Shown here piece by piece: positions 32,169 to 54,860 of a stretch of 64,000 nucleotides of DNA; the first letter of the stretch is position 1, and each line of letters begins with the position of its first letter. The stretch spans positions 7,397,921-7,461,920 of the forward strand of contig CAVNZM010000011.1 in assembly GCA_963693365.1 (NCBI GenBank), given 5' to 3'. Position numbers and translations under genes: made by a program. Under the pieces are notes generated by a model. It searched no databases and was not told the origin of the DNA. It was given only the letters and a program-made list of their open reading frames with translations. Source of the DNA: Amoebidium appalachense. Its lineage: Eukaryota; Protista; Ichthyosporea.

Positions 32169-34448
32169 TTCCCCTCCCTCCCTCCCTCCCCCCTCCCCCC
32201 TTCCTCCCCCCACCCACACACACACCCCACCCATCCCCATTTCCAAAAACGCGGACACAGCAAAAGGAGTGGAACTTTGCAAAACGTTGGGGGGTTTACG
32301 AAAAGGAATAAAGGATAGTCCCTGTAGCCGAAGAGAATGGAGCAACGGGGGGAGGGGGGAGGGTAGGGGGGAGGGGGGAGGGGGGGAAAGAAAAAAAGAG
32401 AGAAAAAAGAAATAAAGGGGGGGAGGAAGCGGAGGAAGGGTCGGGGAGGGGGTGAGAGCGGGGAGGGAGGGAGGGAGAGAGTGAGGGAGAGGGAGGGGCG
32501 TGCACACACACATAGAGAGAGAGAGTGGGTGTTGGTGAATACGATCATAAGAGAGGAGGAAGAGGAGAGAGAGTAGGAGGTGTGGAGTGAGGAAGGGCAG
32601 GGAGGAAACAAGCCAGAGAAGAAAGAGGGAACCGAGAGAAAAGTGTGGGGAGAAGGGGGGGGGGGGGGGGGGGGGGGGCATGGAGGGGAGGGGGGGGGGG
32701 GGGGGGGGGGGGGGAGAGGGTCGGTGAAATTTCGGCCCCATCCCCCCTACTCATATCCAGCTGTTAACCGCAGCAAGCAGACGAGATGTGCCATAAATTC
32801 ACAGCTCAGAAGAATTAAACCCAAAAAAGGGATACAAAGCAGAATATCAAAACAGATACTAACAGAAATCCACTTTCCATCATCCCTCTCTCTCCACCCT
32901 ATCCCCTCCTCACACCTTACATGGCATACGTGGTGGACAAAAAAAAGAAAAAAGCACCGGTTCCGCAGCTCTGGGGACCCTCAACTTGCAAGCCATTACC
33001 TGAACTCTTTCATATGAAGGTGGGTGGGTGTAAGCCTTCATGCGTGTGTACGTGTAGCTCAACACACTTCATGACAATTCGGTGTTCGTATGCTGTTCTT
33101 GTGCAGCTAGTCTTGTGTCATGCATGCAGACAAATATAGCGTAGGGTATGCAACACACATAGATTTCCGGGCAATTGTGGAGGCTGCGTGCCCGTGTCCG
33201 TGTGTACGTGTGTACGTGTGTGCGTTCGTATTTGCGTACCATGCGTGTGTTGTAATAGGGGAGGGATTGTGTGTGGGTGTGCATGGGTGAGATGTTTGAA
33301 GCCAGGGGTGGAGGGAGAAGTGGGAGAGGGGAGGGAGGGGGACGGAGGGGGGGGGGGGGGGGGGGAGGGGACCAAAGGGGGGAGGCCTGAGTAGGAATGT
33401 ATATGGCACACTGCACGAAAACTAATTCGAAAGAAACAAAATGGAGAACTTAGGTAAATATTAGATCTTGAATAAGCAAATACAGGGATAATACATCATA
33501 GGCATACAAGCATACACTTTTAGGGGTTGGGTGGGGGCAGGGGGTGAGGCATGCACTAAGTATAAATATAATAGTAATTTTTTTTTTTTTTGTTTTGTTT
33601 TGGCAGCGCAGGGAGGAGGAGGAGGGGGGGGGGGGGGAGAGAGAGAGAGAGACAGAAAGGAACTGCAAAAGAGGGCCAATCAACACCCAACATTAAGATA
33701 TCAAAACACAAATAAGCACCAACAAAAGACAAGGGCAGGCCGGAGACGAGTAGGTCGGGGAGGGGCCGGGGGGGGAGAACAATAGGGAAGCAGCCCCGCG
33801 CGCGCGGGGGGGGGGGAGGGGGGGGGGGGAGGGGGGGGAGGGGGGGGGGGATGGATGATGAAAGATTGTAAGAAGTATAAAAATTAACCCCATATATGAA
33901 TCAAGGGAGGGATAAAAAGACAGGCACACCCACTCACAACTGCTCACCCCTCCACTGAGTCTTAGTCTTCCCCTCTGGCGCCAGCAACCATAATATGAAA
34001 ACTTTCTTTTTCTTGCCTCCCCCCCCCCCCCCCCCCCCCCCCCCCGCCCTCCCTGCCCCCCCCCCCCCCCCCCCCCCCCCCATCCCCCCCCCCCCTCTCT
34101 CGCTCCTTTCCCACTGAACCGCCCTCGTCCCTTTCCTGCCCCCGTCATCTCTTACATGCTTCACTCAACTTAAAATTATCTGGTTTAAACGCGTTTTTGA
34201 AACAGACAAAGCAGCCCGCATAGCAACCAATTTCAGGTTATCGCTAACCCACCTCATACTGAGAAAAAAAAACTAAGAAAACATCCCTGGGCACCAGGTA
34301 CACAACACTTTGAGGGATGCGGAGGGATGCATGCAGACCCACACACACACCATGCTCACGTGTGTGCGCATTGAAGTTCATTCACACACATACCCACGCT
34401 CACATGCTTGAGGGCACGAGCAAGCACGCTCACGCAACCTGGTCTCAC

Positions 34449-34843
34449 CTGTCAATGAGGCCAGGCAACACATGTGCCCCCATGGCATCCCTTCTCTTCG
34501 CAGAGGGGCATTTTTTCTGCACATGGCGCATGGTCCCCACGGCAGAAAACTTTCCATTTATTACGCAAAACGCTTCAGCAGTAGGCATGTTGTCTTCCAT
34601 AGTATACATGGAGGAAGCATTGAAGAGAATGAACGAATGTTCCCTGTGTTCAATTCGGCTGGATTCGCTAACAGATGGGTTTAGGCAAGCATAGATGTGC
34701 GGATGTGTAGCTTTATGAAGAAATAGTGCTCCAAGAAGTGCAAGAGATGTATAAATGAGTATCTGTTCTGCGTAGCCATGTTGAAGGAATTTTCTTTGTC
34801 TGTGTTTGATGATTGGTAAGCCTGAACTTAGATTGCCCCCCAT
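34449..34843 (-). pseudogene. Amidohydrolase-3 N-terminal exon (orphan)
   Basis: M...hydrophobic anchor...MYTMED..AEAFCVINGKFSAVG...DAMGAHVLPGLID, then a GTGAG donor just before the expected HxH motif. Confidence 0.8.
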
Positions 34844-35505
34844 CTTCCACGTCTAGTACATGCGTGGCTCTCATGGTGTAACGATGTGGGCATCTATGTC
34901 AAAAAAGCTTGCGTAAGGGACAAGGTTTTTGATGAGAGAGAGAAGGGTGATGGTTTTTGGCTGCTACAGAGGTGCTCGAGATTTGTCGTTCGTTGTTTTT
35001 TGTGAAGTTTGTTGCACATGAGCTTTATAGTCGTGACATATGGCCAATAGTTGTTCACCAAAAGCGATATTTACCATATAAAGATCACTAATTGGAGGAT
35101 ATTCGCCAATCACAATTTGAGGCAAAGCGAATAGATCTGGACCGGAGGTCCGGGCGAACCACGGGATCCGCAGAATCGGATTCCGAATTCCTAGCTATGT
35201 AGGAGCAGTGCCTGGTGTGGAGAGGTTTATACTCTGGTTTATACACCGTCAACGCACACGCAAACAGAGCAAACGCACACGCACGCACGCACACACTCAC
35301 ACACACACGCGCGCGTGCACACGCGCAAACGCACATACGCACATACGCCCCCGGGCCCACGCACCGCACACACGTACACGCACACACACGCAGTCACAGA
35401 ACTTGGCACACACGCACAACATGTGCTCGCACACACGCCACACAAGTGCACACACACGCATAATATGCACGGACGCACGGGCGCACATACAAAAATACAA
35501 GAAAA

Positions 35506-35558
<53 letters not shown>

Positions 35559-36165
35559 ACAAAGGGGTGGGCCCTGCCACCCGTACAAGTACTGGCAGTG
35601 CATGCAACTTGAAGTTCTCCCGGTTGACCTCTCCCTGCTCCCTCCCTAGTCGGTCCTTTTGCCTCATTGCACTCGCGACCTATCATGAGAAACGAACTTT
35701 TGTAACAGTGGGTCGACAGAAGGCTTTAATATGGTTTTAATTTCTCTCTGACGATCGATGTCCATTTGTTGGCCTTTCTTTATTTACGTTTACCAGTAAT
35801 TATGATAAGAAATATAGCAAAAGTTGTTAAAAGTAGACTAATCTTTTATGGTTATTGCGCACTGTCGCACGTGTGTGTGTGTGTGTGACATAGAAACCAC
35901 ATCATTAACCGTTCAATTCTACTTCTGTAATATCGTGCATACATATAGCCATACATTATCAGCCATATACATACATGTACAGCCGTGACCCGCACGGCCT
36001 GTGTTATACAGTACTGATACAACCAAGAAACCATCCATTGACCATCTGACAGCCCGTGTTTTGGAAGACGAAAAAAAAAATCCCAACGAAAAAAAAATCC
36101 CAAAGTAGAGCACTTTTAGAAAAAGAACTATCTGCAAACGGGCATCATACGACTAATACTCCTAC

Positions 36166-36201
<36 letters not shown>

Positions 36202-36350
36202 ACACCCGCCCCGACGACGACGATTAAAAAGCAACAACACCACCACATAGCTGTCCGGTTTTCGAAGAAAGATTACCTAAGGGTTAGAAAAGGGAGGGGG
36301 GGGGGGGGGGGGGAGAGAGAGAGAGCGAGAGACAGAGAAAGAGAGAGAGA

Positions 36351-36381
<31 letters not shown>

Positions 36382-36497
36382 TGAGTGAGTGAGAGAGAGA
36401 GAGAGAAAGAGAGAGAAACAAGATGAGTCACGTGCCACTCAACAAAACATCGATACAACTGCTATTCCACACTATCCCCAAAAGACATTACAAACAT

Positions 36498-46657
<10,160 letters not shown>

Positions 46658-48539
46658 GTGTAACCTCGCAAGAAGCTTCAACTTCTTCTAGACTTATGCG
46701 TGATGGAACATGATTCTTGATAATTTGGTAGCGCGCTTTCAGACTCTTTTGGTCAGGAAAACTTATCAAGCGACCCCGACAAGCAACAATGTATAATGCG
46801 CAGCTATGAAGTGCTAAGACATGATAGCGATCAACATAAACTTGGTAGCTACATACGAGGGACAGCTAGTAAGACGGCACAAGTTTATATACGTATACTA
46901 GTATGTAAACTACATAATAACTATATATGTACACTTAGGCGCCATGCTCTCAGGTACATTCAAGTTGGTAGACAAACGTAAACCTTGAAGCTTGGCGACT
47001 CGGAGTCACACTGCTGAGATATGACTATAAGCAATTAGTAGAGACATTACTATAAACAATGAGTATTTTAGAGACATGACTATAAACAATGAGTATTTTA
47101 TGGACCTGCCTGAAATTAACAAACCAATCAAACCAGATTTATAAAATTCTTGAATGTCTGTCCTTTTCGTGTTCGTGTCTTTTTCTCTACCACGTGCTGT
47201 GCATGTGCAAACTTTTTTTTTTTTTATAGATTTTTTTGTCCTTTTATTTTTGCCCAGCATGCGCAGCATGCATTCTTATGTCCGGGAACCACGAACACCA
47301 ACTGAGCTTTTTTACAGTGCAATAAATTTATAAAAAAAATAAGAACAATAGAACAAAAAAAAGTAGGAATATGGAATAATAGAACAATAAAAAAAAAAGT
47401 AGGACTATAGGTACCTATGCAAGTAAAATTTGCAAAAAATGTGTCACAGCGAACACCGAGAATTTTGGCTGGGTCACTGTGCATGATGCAAGGTTGGTGA
47501 ACCAAGCTTGGGATAGTTGGGATGCACTGATATTATTGACAAGGGATAAAGCGGACCAAAAGAGTGTCTCTGTGTTTGAAAGACGCGGTGCTTGCTAATA
47601 TTAGTGCGCACGCAATTTCAGCTGATCAGGCAGTACACGCACGTGTGTGTGTTATGGCGCACTGCGCTGGGCCCCCGGCCCGGGAAGGGGGGAGGGGGTA
47701 AAGGAAGCGGTGCACATTCTATAAGAGAGCGAACGACACCTTGCAGAGTGCAGTGCACAGATAGTATGCAAAACCCAAAACCCAAGTACATTTTCACAAC
47801 GGACACACAATGCAGAAAGCAAACACATGTGGGGGGGGGGGTTGAATGTGGAACACGGTACGAAGTACGCATACACGATGAGAAGCATGGTGCAGGACAC
47901 ATGCATAGGCAAACATTCAAGTATGCAACATCAGCCATGTGCACAGTATGCGTCATAAGCAGAGCCCATCCTCAGGGAGGACCCAAGCCATCAATTGCGT
48001 CTGAGTTTCGACCCCTTAGCCCGCGTATACGACGGGGGGGGGGGGGGGGGGGGGGGGGTGGAGGAACACGTGTAGGCAATGTAGTAGTATAATACAGAGG
48101 CGGCAGGATTTTACTGGCACCAGGCCACAAAGCTCACAGAGAGTCCGCACCAAAAGCCCGCCCTACCCTATGCTACCCTGCATGTTGCCCATATGTGCAG
48201 GCCTTCGTGTTTGCTCGTCTGACTGCCTACAAAACACGCCGTGTGTGTGTCATGCGTGCACACACACACACACACCCGCCCACCCTTCCGTTCATGTCCG
48301 GTCACTCTATACACACCCACGCGTAACACCTAGGCCGGGGGGGAGACATATCCGGCAAGGGAAAGCAGGTTCAAAAGTGCACTTGCACTAACCTACGGAC
48401 AAAAAAACACCCAAACAAAGAAAACTCTCAAGGAAAAAACGGGGGGATGGGATCAATCATGGACAATCAAACCAAAAATCACACATGCACACTTACAGGC
48501 ATATGTATAGTACTGGCTATATTCCTGCTATCGCTATAT

Positions 48540-49134
48540 TTAGGCGTCGGTCTTGGCGGCCTGATCGAAATTCTCCACAAGTTCAGGGATGTCGTCATCA
48601 TCGCCGCCGGGGGCTGCGCCCTCAGCACCGGCCTGGGCACGGTACTGCTCGGCCATGGCACGCAGGCTGGCAAGGTTGTCGGCACCAAGCTGGTGGATGA
48701 TGTCCGGGAGAAGGTCCTGAAGGGCTGTTCGCGCAAAAAAACAGGTAAGCATTTGCGGGTGTACACGAAAAACGGAGTGGGAATGGATGGTGAGAGAGAG
48801 GATGGGTATGTGATCATGGGTGTGTGTGTGTGTGTAGGAAAGCTGTTTGGAGCGTCATGGAGTGACTGAGCAGGGGTGAGATAAAGAGTTTGTCCAGAGC
48901 ACAAATGGCTGCTCCAGCCAACAAGGCATCAGGAAAAAGTGCAGTTTTCAAGTGTGCGAATGCAACAGGACTCACGGACAGAATATGATATAACACTCGG
49001 GGAAGGAGCAGACACCAAAATTATAAAACCAAAAAATAGGAATAACCAAATTTATAAAACCAAAAGAAGAAATTGGAAATTTGATACCAGCCCAAGCAGG
49101 TTGGCATCGGCGCACCCCATATCATGCATGACCC

Positions 49135-49165
<31 letters not shown>

Positions 49166-51213
49166 GTGTCCCCATTTTATCCTGCACAGACAACACCAAC
49201 TGCACAGAGCAAGAAAAAGACAGTATTCAACATGGCTGTAAGAAGTGCTTTATCAAAGTGGTCCTCCTAGCAGGGCTTGAGGGCAGACCACAGTACGAAG
49301 GGGGAGGGGTACGAGAAGAGAAGAAAAGCAACATGCACCCCATTCATATCAGACATCCCCCCCCCCCCCCCTCTTCACAACCTGACCGAACACAGACAAA
49401 CACCCGCCAGGGGGGCACTTACGCTTCTCCTCGCTCTTGCCGGTGACGGAGAAGCACTTTGAGCCCAGGTTGGCACGCACCTCTGTGGCAGGTAACTGGT
49501 TAGAACTAGAAACACACGTGCACCACACAGACCGACAACTAGTAGCATAAGCATCACCAGAACACCTAAAGCGGCACATCCCCTCACCCCTCACACCCCG
49601 CCTCAAGCCAGATATATATGCACACCATTTCAAATCAACACTCTTGTCCATCGAGCAACAAGATCCCTTCTATTCAAATGTTACAGCGAAAAGCCAACAC
49701 ATGCGCCCCCTCTCCCCATGTCCTGAAACCACACACCCACACCCGCTTGATCGTTCGTACCCATCTTCCCCTCCGCAGTATCCCTCCCCCCCCACACAAC
49801 CCTTTTCATCGTCGATAAGCATCCACCTTTTCCGTACCCTTCCCTGCTCCACAACCACCAGCCCCCCTCCCCCCCCACACACATACACCTCCCTCCTCTC
49901 AGCTACAAACACCAAAGAGCCCCTCCCCCTATTTTCCCCCTTCAAAAGAAACCCCCCACATACCCTTGGGGTTCTTGAAGTGCAGCACGTTGCCGTCCTC
50001 CTTGAAGAAGTTTGCCTCGTCGAAGCCCGGGATGGGGTTGATGCCCAACCGCTTCATTGCCGACTGGAGCTGCTTGTCGCTGGTGCCGGCAGACTTGTGC
50101 ACGACCTGAAACACGAAGACACATTAGCAAAATAGAACTCTTGGGGCACTTCGGCAACATGGGTCACATCCGGTTGGACAAACTAACACAAAAGAAGGCT
50201 GCTCTTTGCTAGCATCTCCCTCGGAGATCATCCACAGAGCGTTGACTACGGGAAAGATCAGCAAAGCAGCAAAATGGGTCTCACACCAAGTTAAAGGATA
50301 TACAAAACAGGAGACGAGCAACTTGCAGGTTCCACTGTACGAATGACCCACACTGCAGCGTCTTCAATCTAAGGATGGCCTTCAACCATTGTTCGTGTAG
50401 TTGTGTTGGCATGGGCACTGATCAGAAAAAAAAATGCAACTATGAAAGGAGCAACCATGGGAGGAAATGTTGTTGCCAAGCGAACCGACCAAGCCCATGA
50501 AGAGGGCTCGGCCGGTTTAGAAGACAACCTTTTCTGTTAGCTCTTGCCATTTGTACGCCAGTAATAGGGGTTTCCTCTGGAGTATGGTATAAGAGCTGAA
50601 CCAAGAAAAACTGAAACCAAAAACAAAGAACTTGAAAGGGTCGCATGCATACCCCAAACACAATCGCATCTTACGTCAACAATCAAACCGATGCGCCTTT
50701 CAGAAAAGGTCTACATCATCTGTATTCCCCCTGCCCCCCGAGTCCAACAGCACTAACTTATAATACACAACACAACCAGAAAACGTATGACAATTTCGTT
50801 GCCAAGCGAACCGACCAAGCCCACAAACAGAACTTAGCCGGTTTAGAAGACAACTGTCACTGTAAGCTCTTGCCATTTGTACGCCAGTAATAGGGGTTTC
50901 CTCTGGAGTATGGTATAAGAGCTAGACAAGGTTCGTCATTATGAAAAACAAGCAAAAGACCACTCTCTGTATTTGGGGTTCTAAACAATTAAAAGGTGTA
51001 CCTGCACACAAGTGACAGGTACTTCATTTAGGGTGAGTTTGTGAGACGTGAAAGTGATGTGATACTCTTAGAAGCCAGCCGAAATCACACCCAACAAACT
51101 GCTGCTTAACAAGCAAGCAATCACAGGAAGCTTGCCTTCTTCTTGCGGCGGGGAGTGCCCTTGCCACCGATGCGAACATCGTTCTGAAGCTTAGCCAACT
51201 TCTCCTTGTTCAT
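48540..51213 (-). CDS. BTF3: Nascent polypeptide-associated complex beta subunit (154 aa, 4 coding exons)
   Basis: Exons 51136-51213 ([28 protein letters not shown] donor), 49964-50105 ([30 protein letters not shown]), 49423-49482 and 48540-48724 ([14 protein letters not shown]...[13 protein letters not shown]). Confidence 0.95.
50465..50597 (-). ncRNA. Intronic box H/ACA snoRNA candidate, copy A
   Basis: Hairpin AGCTCTT...AAGAGCT, H box ACAGAA, hairpin GTTGTC-pocket-AACCGGCCGAGCCC...GGGCTTGGTCGGTT-pocket-GGCAAC, then ACA + 3 nt. 133 nt, sense to the host gene. Confidence 0.75.
50791..50923 (-). ncRNA. Intronic box H/ACA snoRNA candidate, copy B
   Basis: Paralogue of copy A with the same length, an identical first hairpin and G-U-tolerated changes in the second. 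The H box is degenerate and AAA replaces ACA. Confidence 0.6.
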
Positions 51214-53702
51214 TTTCTAAGCTGTATAAAAAAAAAGGGCAGGGTGTCTGTGGGGAAAAAACAGCCACATCAGTATGTGCTGAAAAAGACCATGAAGACC
51301 CGTTTACAAATACTTTTCTACACTGTAAAAATAGCCTTTCGTTGGACAACAGGAGATGAGGGTGGATGAGCGTGCGTGCATGTGAGTGTGTTGTGGGTGC
51401 GTGTGGGGTGTGCGTGTGTGCGTGAACAGCCGAGTGACTGAAAGAAGTGCTTTGTGTGTCAGGGGGCCGTTGCCGTACGTGCAGGCCCCGTGCTTGTAGG
51501 TCCACCCATTATGCGTGACTTACACGTTTTATTTTACCACTGCATCCTTCCAGTCCGCACTAAGAAGCAGTAACCTGAGCAGTGTGATCAATGCGTATGC
51601 TCTTTGTTTCCTTGCACACACAAGAGCGCAAAGGAGCGGTTTTCAAACGTTACGAGCGCAAAAGGGGGTTGCCTGGATACTGTTTAAACTGTTTAAAAGC
51701 GTAATAAACTTACAAAAGAAGGAGAGGAGAGGTGCTCTCAAAAGCGAACAGAGAAAGGGAGACAAGAGAGGGAAACGGAGGGGAAAAACTCACATGGCTG
51801 CAGGCGGACTGAACGAAAATGAAAGCGCACCACTCCAAAGCACAGGCGGGGTCACATGTGTCAAGAGCGCGGTAAATTGGCGGCAACAAACAGATGATCA
51901 CCTGATTGTAAAGATGGTAGGTGTTTCAGGTTGTATTTCGACTTCTAAAGCTTCTATTTTGCCTTATATTCTACACTTTATTAATTAATAATAAACTACA
52001 AGCTTAAAATTCCGAATAGCCGAAACTTATGTTACTGGTTGAAAGGACCGCGGCCTCCCCACAGGGGGAAAAAAACGAGTTACCCACTTCCAAGCGGATT
52101 GAATCTGGATTCGTTTTATCCAATCACAAAGCTGGTTTGCTAATCGCCGACCGACCCACGCGACTGTCACTCGGAGTCATGGAGTGAGAGACTGTGACTT
52201 GGCGCTGTTTTTTTTTTTCACAAGTTTTCGAGGCTGTAGTAGAAAGGGGAGGGGAGGGGAGGGTGTGTAGAATTGTAAAACAGAGGAGGCTGGTTTCTGG
52301 TGTCGGCATCAAGCCGACATTGAAGATATCATTCCTGATAAACGGCTTGTTTTCGAAAAGGGGGTTTTTATGGAGAGGGGGGAGGCGGGGAGGGGCTTTC
52401 TTTTAGGTTTCCCTTTCTCTGTGCCACAAGATCTGGGATTGCCAAATGTAACGCCCTCCCCCCCTCTCCCTCTCTCTCCCCCTCCCCCTCCCCCCCCTCC
52501 CACCCCCTCCATCTTTCTCTAGAGGGGAAATGAGGTGTTGGGGGGCGAGAGGGGCCGGGCTAGGAGAGACAGTGGTGGGAAGACAGGGGGAGGGGTTCTC
52601 ATTAATATGGAGATCCCCTGGGGAGGTTGAGAGGCCTGGATAGGATGGATGTACACGTAGGGACTCCATGGGTGGAATTGAGGGTCGGTTGTGTACATGT
52701 TGGTGGAGTAGCTGCTGGGTGGTGGCACTTGTGCCAGGCCACGGGAAGGCATGGTTTAGGGATATGTAGGTGATAAGAGAGGGGGGGAGATCTAGAAGCT
52801 GTCGATTCTCAGAAGCTTTTTGGGGCAAAGAAGGAGATCCAGTACTTGCCACGGATCGAAGCGGGGGGGGGGGAGGGGGGGGGAGGGGGGGGGGGAGGGC
52901 GGAGGGCGCTGGTAAATGCTCACCTCGATTTGTAACTCAGCTGACAGCCAAGGTACACCTTTCATGATCGCCAACTCTTTCAGCTACAATGTGCCATCTC
53001 TTTTAGTAAACAAGAACACGTGCACAGAGAGTTACATACTTATTTATCTGTACACAGTTGTGCCTACATAGCGCTGGAGCCTGCTAGCCTTCGCGCTTTT
53101 TTCCCCGAGAATGCCAGGTAATATTTAGTTGCAACAAGTTGATCGTTGGCTTCATAGAATAGTGTACAAGCACTATAATGGAGAACCACTTTCAGGTTTC
53201 ACAGTAACAAAGTCGTTTTCAGTAATAATTACAAACTTTGCTTACATGTGTGGTGGTACTACTGTCTGCACATTATGATATTCCCACTTGATCTATAGCC
53301 ATCTCACGGACTGGTGCTATCTGCTGTGTGAGACTCGGGAGCCAGAGGAGTCATTTTGGAGGCAAAGTACTCAAAAACAGAGTTGAAGGCCTTGGGTGAC
53401 ATGTACTCGTGCGTGGGAGTGCCTGTGTGTGTCGGGAGGCATTATTAGGCATGAAAGCTTCTGGAAAAAAACAATAACAATAATAAAAATAAAAGGCAAA
53501 CACACCATCTACAAAAATGCGGGCCCCCACCCGTGGGGGCCCACACTTTCAAAGGGGCGCCCCTCGGAAACTCACATACTATATACCCCACTCTGCGCCC
53601 TTAAAAAAGCTTGAATGTGTGTCGGATTGAGGCCTCCATGGGCTTTTTTATGCTCTATAGTCATTTTTTGGTAACTAACTTTTTCTGATAACAAAAAATC
53701 AA

Positions 53703-53856
53703 GAGTCATATACCGAGGTCAGCTGCCGAAATCAGAGTTCACAGGCCGAGTCGGGTGGGTTCATGACCGACGCACCGAAGGTGCGGAGGTCATGAACCCA
53801 CCCGACGAGGCCTGTGAACTCTGATGGAGGCATGCTGACCGAGGTAAATATGACTC
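53703..53856 (+). repeat. 154-nt imperfect palindrome with tandem GA/GA mismatches and a C-GAA-G apex
   Basis: Arms pair throughout, e.g. ATCAGAGTTCACAGGCC/GGCCTGTGAACTCTGAT and GTCGGGTGGGTTCATGACC/GGTCATGAACCCACCCGAC. Confidence 0.92.
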
Positions 53857-54007
53857 GGTTTGTACGCGAGAACTCGCTTAGTCTACTGTATTTATTTGCA
53901 TAATCCAGAACCAGTCTTGTTTACATAGTCACTAAAAATATTATTTGTGAAGTATTGTATATTTAATTTTCCTTATTATCCTGCTGGGTTTCAAAAGGCT
54001 GATTTAC

Positions 54008-54313
54008 TTAAATATTGGTGTTTCCATGTTGTACGGTGGCACCCCGGAAAAAATCCGTAGCAGCCTGCAGTGCTGCATTCATTGATGTTTGATTGGTAGT
54101 TCTTTTCTCGATTTGATTGGTTGTCTGTGGAATGCAAACATTCGTGTGATTGGTCACCGGGCAAGTACATGTGTACCTCCTGCACTGTCAACTGTGATGG
54201 TTCGATTTGTTGGGCCTGTATTTGTCAACGCCCTGCTTTTGGTCGGCAGATTTCAGAATTTTGTTGGTAACGTCTTCGGAGAGGACGATTGGGGCGGCGC
54301 GCTTCTGAGCCAT
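54008..54313 (-). pseudogene. Possible internally deleted Crypton-like tyrosine recombinase (termini only)
   Basis: MAQKRAAPIVLSEDVTNKILKS...*...DFFRGATVQHGNTNI*VN resembles, from memory, the N- and C-terminal ends of Crypton/DUF3504 proteins. There is no catalytic core. Confidence 0.35.
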
Positions 54314-54545
54314 TGTGGTGTTGTGGTGTGAGAAAGGAATTTGAGTGCTCGTAGTTTTTCATGATGATGCAGACTGAATGCCATTTTGCCCCTTTATATG
54401 CTAGCTTCCGAAACACGCCGTGGTGATTTGCGGATCAGTTTTTAACATGTTCAGTCGAGCGGGTATATAAAGCGCAAACACAGTCAGTTTGTCAGTTTGG
54501 ACACATCGCCAATAGTCTAGTGCGATGGGTTTTTAGAAATTTGTC

Positions 54546-54622
54546 GAGGTCGCATGGAAACCGGGAGGATGGGGGGAAACCAGCTGGTTTCTACCCACCC
54601 TCCCTGGTTTCCATGCGACCTC
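54546..54622. repeat. 77-bp hairpin, MITE-like palindrome
   Basis: GAGGTCGCATGGAAACC...GGTTTCCATGCGACCTC with central GAAACCAGCTGGTTTC. No TSD seen. Confidence 0.8.
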
Positions 54623-54860
54623 ATCTGAATAAACTGAAGTTCATTTAGCAACCTCCCAATTAAGGGATACGGGATCGGCGATTTTGAGTGGTCCCCGATT
54701 TCTTTCTGGCGCCGCCTTTTTTCCCCCTGATTACGTAACGCGTTGCTACGCACCCACACCGTACAACGAGTTTTGTGTTCGCACGTTAACGCAGAGGGCG
54801 CACAACCCGAAAGAATTTTTTTCATGAAAAGAAACTACTTTGAATACATGCACTTTTACC

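Noticed and set aside
52403-53400. ORF fragments on the minus strand
   Set aside because: No recognisable motif and several stops, so they cannot be assigned.
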